Below, one piece after another: positions 1 to 11,799 of a stretch of DNA of 52,422 nucleotides. Made by a program: the position numbers and the translations under genes. Under the pieces are notes generated by a model. It saw only the letters and a list, made by a program, of their open reading frames with translations, was not told the DNA's origin and ran no database searches. Source of the stretch: Octopus bimaculoides (Eukaryota); assembly GCF_001194135.2 (NCBI RefSeq), contig NC_069009.1, forward strand, positions 8,278,621-8,331,042, written 5' to 3'. The first letter of the stretch is position 1; each line of letters begins with the position of its first letter.

Positions 1-675
1 ACCATTTTCGCTACAACCACTAGACAGATAAAAATTGCCTGCTCCTCTCGGCCAAAAGAGGGTGGTGGGGCATTCTTTACAATGGATTCAGCTGATAGCC
101 AGGTCCATCCCACATGCGACTGCAGGTGTTCAACATAAACCCACAGGTCAGCAATACTTGGGCACTGGACTAGGGTGTGCAGAATGGTTTCATCGTTCTG
201 GGTGCACCTCAGGCAGGCCTGGCTGACGGCACTTCCATGCCTGTAAAGTTTATCCCAAACAGGCAGTGCTCCTTGGTAGCACTGCCAGGCAAGGGATTTC
301 TGGAAGTTATCCATAGGCCCAGGCCTGAAAGTTCACTGAAACAGACTGGTTAGTTGATCTTCATCGATGCCCAGAGTTTCCCCAAAAATGTCATTGCACT
401 TTCCCTCCACTAGCCCCCTATAGAATGCTAGAGTAAAACTACTACCAACTGCATTGCCAGCCTGGTGGAGGGCTGTGAGTGCTTGATAGCACTTGAGGTG
501 CCAAGCGCCCCTCTATGCCTAATCCAGGATTGCAGCTCAGTCAAAGAGACGAGCTGTGGAAAAGTGTGTCTTACAAATGGTGACCATACCTGCTCACCAT
601 CAAGGAAACGCTGGAGATGTCACAACCTCAGCACATGTTTCCACATCAGTAACTGTGGCATACCCAGCCCTCCAT

Positions 676-1695
676 TCAGCAGATGGAGTGCCTGACCAGT
701 GGAACATGCCCCTTCCACAGAAAGCGGAAGAGTAAGTGCACCAGCTTGGTCAACCAGCAAACAGGGCAGGGGACAACAGTCAAGCGGTAATAGATGACAG
801 ATGCGATGAACACATTTGCCACCTCAGCTTGACCTTTCAGGGACAACTTTCTCTCAGACCATTTCTGGGTGAGATTGGCTACCCAGCTCGACACCTCGTC
901 CCAGTTTTTCTCTACCTGGGAGTCCAGACCAAACCAAACTCCAAGCAACTTAATGGGACCATCTGTCCAGTGCCCCACCACACTGTCGGACAGCATGGAC
1001 TTGCTTCTCCTGGTGCTGAGTTGCAAGCCCACTGACTTTGCATTAATTTTAGCTCCTGTCACCGCTTCATGTTCTTGTAGTGTTTCACCAATCAGGTCTA
1101 TATGCCTGTGGTTCAACACTATGACAGTGACATCATCAGCATAAGCAGACACACTTCTCCCACATCCTAGATCATGCGGGACACCCCTCAAAGCCTCCAA
1201 CTTCCGCAGTAATGACTCAAGAGTCAGTACATACAGTAGGGAGGAGAGAGGACACCCTTGACAGACTGAATGCAAGATGCTGAATGGCTCCGACAGGTGA
1301 CCATTCATCCGAACAACCGAGTAGATGCCACTGTACAAAGCAGCAATCCAACTACAGAAAACTGGACCAAAACCAGCTGCCCTGAGGAGAGCTGCCAAGT
1401 ATTGATGGTTGACCCTATCAAAAGCTTTAGACTGATCTAAATTGATCAGAGCCCCACCCATGCCAGCATCGTTATCCACCCTCTCTATGATGTATTGCAT
1501 ATGATGGAGGTTATTGTGAATACTCTTGGTTGGGATGGTGCAAGTTTGTGCCTCACCAATCAATTTGTCCACGACAAGCACTAATTTCTTGGCTAACACC
1601 TTGGCCAAAATCTTCAACTCTGCATTGAGCAGAGTGATGGGCCTGAAATTGACTATAATGTCTTCCTTGTTTGCGTCCTTTCTCAGCAGTGCCAC
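676..1695 (-). pseudogene. Reverse transcriptase domain of the Tx1/L1-like LINE ORF2
   Basis: 339-aa ORF with non-LTR RT motifs (RPITLLN, KAFDRV, QGCPLS, SAYADDV, KLLGV); flanking frames are broken. Confidence 0.9.
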
Positions 1696-2395
1696 TACCC
1701 CTCAACAGACAAAAGTGGGAATTCTCCCATTTTGCTGCCAGTTGCAGCAGATGTTTGCTAAGAAGCCCACAAACAAGTCTGGTATCGAAGTATAAAGCTC
1801 GTAGGGCAGACCATCCAAACCCGGTGATCTACCTCTCATGCAACTCTTCATCATTTCCTGTATTTCTGCGGCTGTAAAAGGCCTTTCACAGCACTCTGCC
1901 TCACTCACCGAGAGTCGTGGCAGGCCGTCCAGGTAGACTCTGAAGTCTACTCTGTTATCCATCCTACCATTCGTCCTGAACAGTTGAGGAGCAAAGTGCC
2001 ACTGAAAAGCCACACACATCTGTTTCAGTTCGAACACCACACATTTGTTCTAGTGCACCAAAGACCGAATGGTGGCTTTATTGCCACTTTTTGCCTCCGC
2101 CATGCAGGCCCATCGTCACACTTTCGTTCCCTCCCCACTTAGTGAACGTGCCTTAGCTTTGACAACACAGCCTTCGTGTTTGGCATCGAAAAATTGGTCG
2201 AAGTCCACTCACCACCAACACGTCAGTCCTAAGTTCCCTAAGTCCTAAGTGCCTCATCTAACTTTCTAACTAAATCTCCCTCTATTCTATTTCTTTCTAC
2301 CGCTAATGCCTTTTTAAACCTAATCGATTCTACTCTAATTGCCCTTTTTAAGTGCAAACCACCAGTTGTTGACGATTGTACCTGTCAATGCCCGC

Positions 2396-3590
2396 TTAAC
2401 TATCACTAATCCGGTCTCTGTAAGCTTGACACTCCGGTAACATGCTCAGCTTCCTGTAACTGGGACCCTGTCTATGAAGCCTATCTAAGTTAACCATACA
2501 GAGCACAAATTTATGGTCTGTGTAGCCAACTATGTGAAATTGTGGACACCCTACGCTATACTTATCCGCTAGCCTACAGTAGTACTCTGGTGGTACTCCG
2601 GCTAGTGGTGGTGGTACTCCGACTGGTATTGCTGGTGGTGATGGTACTCCGACTGGTTGCTTTACTTTGGCTGGTGGTGATACTCCGTCCGGTGTTGTTG
2701 GTGTTGGTGTTAGTGGTGCCCTGGTGACTACTGGAGGCAGCATCACAGTTGCTGGTGGTTATGGGGTTGCTTTCTGCTGCTGCACTAGAGATGCCCCTGC
2801 TTCTGTTGTCACTTGCAGCTTTCCTCGCATTTCTTTGTATTTGGGGCAGTTGACCTTGAGGTGCTGGTCGTTCCCACAAAAGTAGCACCTCAGCCACCTG
2901 CCCTCCACAGCCATGTGCAGTCTCATGCTGTCTAGTAAATTGATGGCATCAGGGATAGAATTTATGGGGCCTCTTGTTCAATTTGAATAAGAGGCTCCAA
3001 TCCCTGACCCATCCCCAATTTTGTTGGTGCAATTTATGCACTTCCAGTATATTGGCAGTGTCCTCTATATCAAAGAGGACAGCTGCCACCAGCCAGCATA
3101 TATTTATTTCAGGGGGCACCTCCACAATTTTAATTTTTGTCACGCGCCGACCAAGGTATGTCAGCATGAGCAGTAATTCCTCCATTGATAGGGGCACGGT
3201 GGAATGCTGTTTTGCCTCCTCCTCAGTTGAAAAACACACTTCCACCACACCAAAGCACTTTCCTCTCGTCACAGGTTTTGTTTTGAGGGCCATTTCCAAC
3301 TTTTGTTGGGTGGCTTGTTCTACTCTTTTCTTCTTGATGTTTAAAACTCTGTATATTACTGATTTTCTATTTGTTTCCTTTAGTAATTCCCAAGAGGTGT
3401 TATGGAAGACATTGTTTCCTTTCTTCCTTAACAACTCTTTTGCATTTTGTGTTTCTTTTGTTTGCTTTGCCACCGAGGCGAAACCATTGCGGTTAGATTT
3501 GTTGCTGTTTGTGTTTATGGTGGTGGTGGTGGTGTCAGTGTCATTCTTTTTTTTTTTCTTTTCTCTCTTCCTCCTCTTTTTTAGGAACAA
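2396..3590 (-). pseudogene. ORF1 (gag-like, RRM-like region, CX2CX4HX4C knuckle, Pro-rich tail) of the LINE, frameshifted
   Basis: Manual translation of 2846-2887 gives CYFCGNDQHLKVNC; GKCFGVVEVCFSTEEEAK lies upstream; Pro-rich GVPPP repeats lie downstream. Confidence 0.7.
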
Positions 3591-3802
3591 TAGTGGTGAT
3601 TTCTTGGTTTACTATATTTTCTGGGTTTTCTTTGTTGTTGTTAATGGTGGTGGTGGTGGTGTTGGCACCGCTGCTCGTGATTGGGCTGTTCAGAGGCGGA
3701 AAATCTTGACTGTGCTGGCTGTCAGACTGTCAGAACAGCCACTGCCACTCACCTTGACAGAAGAAGCTATCTTGTTTTTTCGTCAAACAAAAAATAAGAA
3801 CG

Positions 3803-4126
3803 TTATTTACATTATTTACATTTGACGGATATTTCTCCTCATCTTGTTTGTTGTTAACACAACGTTTCGGCTGATATACCCTCCAGCCTTCGTCAGGTGT
3901 CTTGGGGAAATTTCGAACCTGGGTTCTCATTCCTAACGATGTTACTATTATTATTTATTATTATTATTACTATTATTAATCAGGTCGCTGCCGTGAATCG
4001 AACTCGGAACCTTGGGGTTAGTAGCCCGCGCTCTTAACCACTACGCCATATGCCCGTGGGCATATCCGTCAAATGTAAATAATGTAAATAATGTAAATAA
4101 TTCCTCATCTCTTAAATATAGAACTG
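3803..4126 (-). mobile_element. tRNA-headed SINE-like element carrying a hammerhead ribozyme and a 30-bp inverted terminal duplication
   Basis: tRNA-like head 3981-4055 (A box TGGCGTAGTGG 4038-4048, B box GAGTTCGATTC 3995-4005), (AAT)n linker, hammerhead 3856-3901, perfect inverted repeat 3803-3832 / 4062-4091. Confidence 0.7.
3856..3901 (-). ncRNA. Minimal type-I hammerhead ribozyme, intact core
   Basis: Minus strand GACAC-CUGACGA-A-GGCUG(10 nt)CAGCC-GAA-ACGU-U^GUGUU: stem I 5 bp, stem II 5 bp, palindromic helix III ACGU, GUU cleavage triplet. Confidence 0.8.
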
Positions 4127-4771
4127 TAAAAAATAAGAAATATTGTAAGTGGACAAAAAGTCCAAAATTCGTCCCTAAAAGGGGGAAATTTTCAACAAAA
4201 GAACCCCTTCTGCACACCAAAAACGGTTCAGAAAACAAAAACAAACAAACAAACAGTTAATAAACTTGAAAAAATCACAAAGTCCACCTGTTGCAGCATG
4301 ACTCTGAAGAACCCCCCCAGATCGCCTCAAGGTCGTCAAATGAGAATTCCAGCACAGGCTCGACCTCAGAATCATCAACCTATCCAGCAGCAACTGGTTC
4401 TCACTGCATAGCCAAGAAGTCATCAACTGACTGGTGAGTTTGCGGGGACTATCGATCACTGAATAAATGCACCATACCTGATTCATATCCTGTGCCTCAT
4501 CTACAGGACTTTTCTAGCTCGCTGCATAGAGCTCGCATCTTTTTGGATATCAACTTTGTGCAAGCTTATAATCAAATCCCTGTAGAGTCCACGGATATTC
4601 CAAAGACTGCAGTGATGACACACTTCAGAATGTTTGAATTCCTGTGTATGCCTTTTAGTTTACACAATGCAGCACAGACATTTCAGTGTTTCATCGACAT
4701 TGTTACCAGAAGTTTGCCTTCTATGCACACACAGGCGACTTACTTGTGGCCAGCAGCTCAGATGAAGAACA

Positions 4772-5098
4772 TTTAGTAGAAAGTGGGTTATACATCTTTA
4801 GATTGTATACCTGACTTTCTACTATAAAATTAAAGAAATAGACGGAACGCTGAACTCCAGACTAAACAACTCAAACAACATTTATTTAGGTGGTAAAATA
4901 TACATATCTTTAGTTATACATCTTCAGAGGTGAGAATAACGAGCTGTCGAGTATAAGACCGAAAGATGTAGAGACAGCTTTAAACATACGTCCATGCTCA
5001 ATCGCTGGCCAGCGAGAAAGAGAATGAATTGAGCGGGAAACGCTTGCTTGTTTAATTCTACGCATGCGTAAGACTACGCATGCGCAGGCGTTACCACA
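4772..5098 (-). mobile_element. Solo LTR (327 bp) inserted in the Gypsy RT
   Basis: Flanked by a 4-bp TSD AACA (4768-4771 / 5099-5102). The minus strand starts TGTGGTAA and ends CTACTAAA (degenerate ..CA), with an internal AATAAA. Removing it restores SSDEEHEQHL. Confidence 0.75.
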
Positions 5099-5780
5099 AA
5101 CATGAACAACACCTGTACCTGCTATTTCAATGCCTGCAGGAATATGATATCATTATCAACCCCAGCAAGTGCACATTCAGAGTTGTGTCCCTTCATTTTC
5201 TCAGGCACATCGTTGTTAAAGATGGCATTCGCCCACTTCCAGACAAAATCAAAGCCACTGTGGATTTTCCACCACCCACATGTCTTTATAAACTGCAGGA
5301 ATCTCTTGGCCTGATGAACTTCTACAGCAGATTCATACCTCACTGTTCAGAGACAGCCCAACCACTCACAGATTTGCTGTGACAGCAAATAAGCAAAAAT
5401 GTAAATATTGCTCTGAGGGAAAAAGAACTTGCCTCTTTCGCTGAATTGAAAAATGTGTTATTCAGCTCTACCATGCTGGTGTATCCCATTCCAGACACTC
5501 CACTGTGTGTACTGATAGATGCATCTGATTCCAGAGTTGGAGGCATGCTTCAACAACTCACTGACGGTATTGGCAACCTGTATCTTTTTTCTCTAAGCAC
5601 TTACAACCCACCAAGACCAAATACTTTTGGTCATGAATTATTAGCAGTATATCTTGCTGTCAAGCATTTTTGACATATGCTAGAAGGTCATGTTTTCTCA
5701 ATCTACACTGACCATAAACTGCTTGTTTATACATTCAACACGAAGCCCTATTATCACTCACCTAGGGAAGTCCGACATCA

Positions 5781-5815
5781 AGGGTTAGGGTTAGGGTTAG
5801 GGTTAGGGTTAGGGT
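5781..5815 (+). repeat. Interstitial telomeric repeat (TTAGGG)5 inside the Gypsy pol
   Basis: AGGG(TTAGGG)5T read directly at 5781-5815. Confidence 0.95.
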
Positions 5816-7402
5816 GCAAACAACTCTGTAGCTGATTGCTTTGTTATGTAAGGATTTAATGCAATCCACACCACTGCAACTATTGATCTCCAGCAGATTG
5901 CAACTGATCAACAAAATGACGACAAGCTACTAAAGCTCCGGAATTCATCAGCTCTGAAATTTCAGCAATCACTGTTACTGTCTGCTACAGGCTATATTTA
6001 GTGCAACACCTCCATCAACCATGAACATCCATACGTGCCGCAGAAACATTGACGCGATATCTTTTCTACATTGCATTCCGTAGCACATCCTGGTATCCGC
6101 ACCACACAAAAGCTGATATCAACCCGTTTCATGTGGCCTAACATCAACAAGGGCACCTGTGAATGGGCTAGGAGCTGTGCCACATGCCAAAAGATTGACC
6201 AACACATCAAATCTTTTATCAGTTCCTTTACAACTCCTGATGCACGTTTTCAACACGTTCACATCAACATTGTTGGACCTTTGCCCCCTTCTAACAACTG
6301 CTTTCACCTGCTCACTTGTGTTAATAGATTTTCTTGCTGGCCACAAGCTTTTCCCCTATTGGATATTTCCGTGGAAACTATTGCCAAATGCTAGTGTTTC
6401 ACTGGGTTTTGCATTTTGGTACATCCGCGATGATCACCACTGACAGAGGACATCAGTTTGGTTCTCATCTCTTTACCGAACTGACTCGTCTTCTCTGGTG
6501 TAAACACACCCGCACAACAGTGTATCACCCTGCAGCAAATGGCACAGTTGAACACTTTCACCGCCAACTTAAGGCAGCTATTAAAGCATATCCAGACTGT
6601 TCCAACTGGTTGGAATATCTTCTACTCATCCTCCTTGGTATTCAATCCATGGTTAAGGAGGGAGTTGGACAAACTCTGGTTGAATTGGTTTATAGTACAT
6701 CACTTGTCTTATCTGGGCAGACAATCACCCCTGTTTCACCACAAGAGCTTCTGGATCCAACAAAATATGTTCATCACTTACGAACATCAATGTTGCATTA
6801 GCTGCCTGCAGACCCCAGACAACAGAACGTCATTTCACAAGCTTCAAAGGACATCAATACTTAGATGCATGCTTTCGTCAGAAATGTCGGTATCTCCTCT
6901 CAACTTCGTCCACCACATTTTGGACCCTACAAAGTAATCCACAAAGAACCAAAGTATTTCATTCTCGATATCAGAGAAAAATGAAATTCTGTCACTATCG
7001 ATCGCTTAAAAAAGCATCCGTTGACCCGTATTTACCACCAGTTCCCACCGTTCCCCAAATGGACTCAACAACATCAACTTCACCCATCAGAAACACCTCA
7101 AATTCTGCACAAACCCCGGCATACCAAATTGGGATGGACAGTTTGATGGCCCACAAGATATGTTCAAGTCTTTGGGGTTTAGTCTTCAGATTCTCCAGCT
7201 AGCCGTCATATTAATTGAAATGTCCACATCAACAAATAAAAAAAAATTGTTTTTTCATGGTTGTGAACAATTGTCACACACATAACCCAAGTGACTTTAC
7301 ATCACTCACATACAAACTAAAAAACAACAAAAACATAATGTATATAAAAAAACAAACAAATATTTTTCTAAATAAACAAAAAATATTTTTTATCAACATC
7401 TT

Positions 7403-7564
7403 GTGGCTGTGTGGTAAGTAGCTTGCTTACCAACCACATGGTTCCGGGTTCATTCCCACTGCGTGGCATCTTGGGCAAGTGTCTTCTACTATAGCCTCGG
7501 GCCGACCAAAGCCTTGTGAATGAATTTGGTAGATGGAAACTGAAAGAAGCCTGTCGTATATATG

Positions 7565-7607
<43 letters not shown>

Positions 7608-7925
7608 TTGTGTGTCTGTGTCTGCCCCCCCCCCNNNNNNNNNNNNNNNNNNNNNNNNNNNNNNNNNNNNNNNNNNNNNNNNNNNNNNNNNNNNNNNNNN
7701 NNNNNNNNNNNNNNNNNNNNNNNNNNNNNNNNNNNNNNNACATCGCTTGACAACCGATGCTGGTGTGTTTACATCCCCGTAACTTAGCAGTTCGGCAAAA
7801 GAGAACGATAGAATAAGTACTAGACCTACAAAGAATAAGTCCTAGGGTCGATTTGCTTGACTAAAGGCGGTGCTCCAGCATGGCTGCAGTTAAATGACTG
7901 AAACAAGTAAAAGAGTAAAAGAGAG
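7403..7925 (+). mobile_element. tRNA-derived SINE, abundant family A, with internal (GT)n
   Basis: GTGGCTGTGTGGTAAG..GGTTCCGGGTTCA head, CORE-like CTTGGGCAAGT motif, A-rich GTAAAAGA tail; at least 7 similar copies in the window. Confidence 0.85.
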
Positions 7926-8865
7926 AGTATCTTAATTATTCTGATGATTTATGATTGACCTGATGTACACGAAGTGACTGAACATTCCCTCAACAAGTGA
8001 CCTAAATAGGTACAAGCTACTCTTATAATGGTATATCCATCCTTTTAGCTAGAATGGCCAGTTAGCCAGCGATGAGCCAGCAGTGACCAGACAGCTAGCA
8101 AAATGAGCCCAGGACACAACAGTTAGGAGTTGCAGACCACAAAACAGACAAGAAAGAGAAACAACACAACACAATCAAATGATGAACACGCACACAGACA
8201 CAAGATGTGTCTTGGTACTATCTTGTCCCATCAACAAGCAATTCAATTCACCATATAACTCAATATCCCATGATTTTATTATATATAATACTAGAGGTTA
8301 AGTTTACAATAGATACGACACCAACATTAATTTTCACCATCAATGTTCAAATATGGAACCTACAATCACTAATTTTGAAATACTTATTAATCAGGTTGTT
8401 CTTGTCCCTATAATTAAATTACATTGCATATACTATAAGCTATATGTTATGGTATGTGGTATGCTAGATGTAATTACTATCCCATGAAAACTCCTGCCTA
8501 GTTAGTCTGACTTCATCATGTTTTGGGGGATTCAAATATTTGTTCCTTTCTATGATGTTCTACCTACTAATCATATTATGTATATTTGTAAGTAAGTCTC
8601 CTAATTATATACCCACCAGAAACTATAAAATCATATATGTAATAGTACCTGTAACATTGCAACTTAAAAAATCTCTTTGGTCAAAATACCTCCAACTGCC
8701 CTCACTACTCCCATACCTACTACCTCCTCTTTTAGGCTTACCTTTATTTCTTCCTTACCTCAAATTTTAATACCCTGTCTCTTTAAATGTAAGTTATATA
8801 TATTTCTTATCATTTTCTATAACTTCTTATTATTATCCATAAATTCTTATTACTTTGATATCCTT

Positions 8866-9165
8866 ACCTATTAACCTCTTATCCCTTAAAATTGTTACTG
8901 TTCTTAAAACAGAGATTTTTCAGCTACTAGGTCTATGCAAGATAGCTATACTATATCCATATAAACATATATAAATATTTGTATATATGTGTATATATAT
9001 GCATATATGTACATAACCTATTAACCTCTTATCCTTTATAAATTGTTATCTTTCTTGTTCATAAACAGATACTTTTTAGTTACTTATGTCTATGTGAGAT
9101 GGTTATACTATATCCATATAAACTTATAAATATTTGCGTATGTGTGAACATAGATAAATATGTGT
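8866..9165. repeat. Diverged tandem duplication, period about 150 bp
   Basis: ACCTATTAACCTCTTATCC...TATACTATATCCATATAAAC begins at 8866 and again at 9016. Confidence 0.75.
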
Positions 9166-10118
9166 GTGTATCTGTACACATCTTTATTTTTTCTGATTTT
9201 TGGCTTATAATTAATATATAGATAGCATGTTTATCTTTCCAGTATTCCATAAGTAAATGCCCAGAGCAGTATTTATAGAAATTGCCTAATAAGTAAATAA
9301 TTGATTACATGAATGAATATTAAACTGATTCTATGTAATCTTTCCTTTTTAATGTTGATAATTGATATATATACACACATTTCACCTATTTTGGTTATGA
9401 TATCGTTTTTGATAATCTTTAATTTTATCTTTATACAACATAACAATATTGCTTATAAACAATCACCCATAGTACCCCATGATAAAATTTCCTCTATATT
9501 AACATCATAGGTTTTATTAGCATCTTGCCCCTTGAACTGGTAATTAACATCATGATTTAAGGTCTTCCCCTACCCAGCCTCCTTTATAGACAGTAACTTT
9601 ATACCCAATTTACTACTCCTAATATCTTGACAATATTTATGACCATGAGCTGTCAACTCACTCTTGCCCTTTATTCCAAACAGACACAGTCCTCTAGTCT
9701 TAGATTTAGTAGCTGATAAAAGACAAATAAATTAGAAATGAACCACAATCCTTTACAAGCTATGACCCCAGTAAGCTTCATGCTTTTTTTGGAAGTGTAA
9801 TATGTTCTTAGCTACAATAGTGACAACATGGATTTTCTGCCTCTTCTTGCTCTGTTAAAGTATTTGAGTAAAATTATATTAATGAGCCTGACTGATTTAA
9901 ATTCTATTTATTTGTGCAGCTGAGGGTAACCCTGCATTTAAATCGATGTAATAATTTCATTGTTCAATTAAATGGAGCCACTTGAAACGGTCATACTGCA
10001 TCACCTCTTGATATCCTGTTGCTTATTTTTGATTTTATTCGCCTTACTTTGAGTTGCATAGATATTACTGCACTGACTTGGTGCTTCAACTTAAGTACCT
10101 AATTCAAATGAATCTTAA

Positions 10119-10155
<37 letters not shown>

Positions 10156-10801
10156 AATAAGAGGAATGACCAGCAAAAGTGGACTCCTATATGCTAGAAA
10201 TAGATGCTGAAATTTTACTGAGAACATATTCTTCGTGGTTAGATGATTCAGCATCTATTTCTAGCATATAGGAGTCCNNNNNNNNNNNNNNNNNNNNNNN
10301 NNNNNNNNNNNNNNNNNNNNNNNNNNNNNNNNNNNNNNNNNNNNNNNNNNNNNNNNNNNNNNNNNNNNNNNNNNNNNNNNNNNNNNNNNNNNNNNNNNNN
10401 NNNNNNNNNNNNNNNNNNNNNNNNNNNNNNNNNNNNNNNNNNNNNNNNNNNNNNNNNNNNNNNNNNNNNNNNNNNNNNNNNNNNNNNNNNNNNNNNNNNN
10501 NNNNNNNNNNNNNNNNNNNNNNNNNNNNNNNNNNNNNNNNNNNNNNNNNNNNNNNNNNNNNNNNNNNNNNNNNNNNNNNNNNNNNNNNNTATATATATAT
10601 ATATATATATATATATCTGTAAAAATATGGCCGGATAACTGAAGAGATGTTGGCGTGGGTTCCCACCCAGGCATCCGAAACTCGGAATTTTTACAGATAA
10701 ATTCCTCTATTTACATAATATCGAGGTCTCTTTCTTTTGTTGTCCTTTTTATCAATATATATATATATATATATATACATGCATGTATGTATCCAGTGAT
10801 A

Positions 10802-11500
10802 ATGGAAGTGACAAAGGAGTATATTTGGCTTATTTTGCTTTATGAATTCAAGGAATAATAATCCAGTATATCGGGATCAGACAATAAGCATAAGCCAGTG
10901 TCAACCGTGATTCCAGAAATTCCAAGCCAGAAACTACAGCTGAGGACACAAGCCTCGTCCTGGAAGATCTGCAGAACTCAATGAGGACGTCCTACAAACC
11001 CTGGTGGAACAAAATCCCATTGTAACTGTTGAGGAACTAGTAGAGAAGCTTGGATTTGGTCAGTCATCCATTCATCGATGCTTGTGTGCCATCGGAAAAT
11101 GACCATCTTTGGTTTCAAGATGAAAAGTGTTCTGCCATCAGGATAATTCTCAGCTACATTCCAAAGGCTGAGCAATTTGAATGGGAAATGATGCCCTACC
11201 CACAATATTTGCTGGATATTGCCCCATCTGATTATCATTTATTCTGCAGTCTTCAAAATCATTTGGACGGAAAAAATACGAATTCTGTAGACAAGGTCAG
11301 AACAGAATTGGAGGAGTATTTTTCATCACGGACAAGTGAATTTTGGAAGAGGGGCCTTGCAAGTCTACAAGATAGATGGAAGAGCATTGTAGAAAATGAA
11401 GGAGAGTACATTTTAGATTAAAAAAGAACCTTGTTTATTTTGATTTTGAAAAACAAGAGAAGTATAAAAAAAACTGCATTATTTATGGGATGACACAATA
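10802..11500 (+). mobile_element. Internally deleted mariner (DD34D) transposon
   Basis: MEVTKEY..LILLYEFK start and HTH region joined directly to DIAPSDYHLF.SLQNHL..RW..IVENEGEYI. The right end at 11500 is followed by TA. Confidence 0.88.
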
Positions 11501-11799
11501 TATTAGNNNNNNNNNNNNNNNNNNNNNNNNNNNNNNNNNNNNNNNNNNNNNNNNNNNNNNNNNNNNNNNNNNNNNNNNNNNNNNNNNNNNNNNNNNNNNN
11601 NNNNNNNNNNNNNNNNNNNNNNNNNNNNNNNNNNNNNNNNNNNNNNNNNNNNNNNNNNNNNNNNNNNNNNNNNNNNNNNNNNNNNNNNNNNNNNNNNNNN
11701 NNNNNNNNNNNNNNNNNNNNNNNNNNNNNNNTATATCATTGGTAAAACATAAATCCCAAAAAGAAGCACACTCTAAGTTATAGAGCAGTATATCATATA

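Larger units (their letters stand above)
1..3770 (-). mobile_element. Degenerate L1/Tx1-clade non-LTR retrotransposon (ORF1, endonuclease remnant, RT, C-terminal zinc finger); 3' end runs off the window
   Basis: ORF1-like 2949-3590 followed by a CCHC knuckle CYFCGNDQHLKVNC (2846-2887). APE endonuclease C-terminus YTDHKFV..GPSYRKL (about 2460-2520). GRSPGLDGLPYELY (1702-2040). RT motifs NFRPITLLN, DQSKAFDRV, QGCPLS, YADD (676-1695). C-terminal CLRC..ETILH..VQC (162-215). Many stops and frameshifts. Confidence 0.88.
4284..7015 (+). mobile_element. Degenerate Ty3/Gypsy pol (RT, RNase H, integrase)
   Basis: CGDYRSLN..IPDSYPVPHLQD, AYNQIPV..DIPKTA, NAAQTFQ, DASDSRVGGMLQQ, HSVAHPG..CATCQ (HHCC), TTDRGHQF, YHPAANG.VE. 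Many stops and frameshifts; no LTR recognised. Confidence 0.92.

Noticed and set aside
2974-3825. 283-aa plus-strand ORF
   Set aside because: Antisense shadow of LINE ORF1 with low-complexity content; no domain.
3981-4055. Possible tRNA gene
   Set aside because: A and B boxes and D/anticodon arms are present, but the acceptor stem does not pair and the T-stem has a mismatch; treated as a SINE head.
10181-10277. Perfect 31-bp inverted repeat
   Set aside because: Ends exactly at an N-gap, typical of a contig-end artefact; cannot be trusted without reads.
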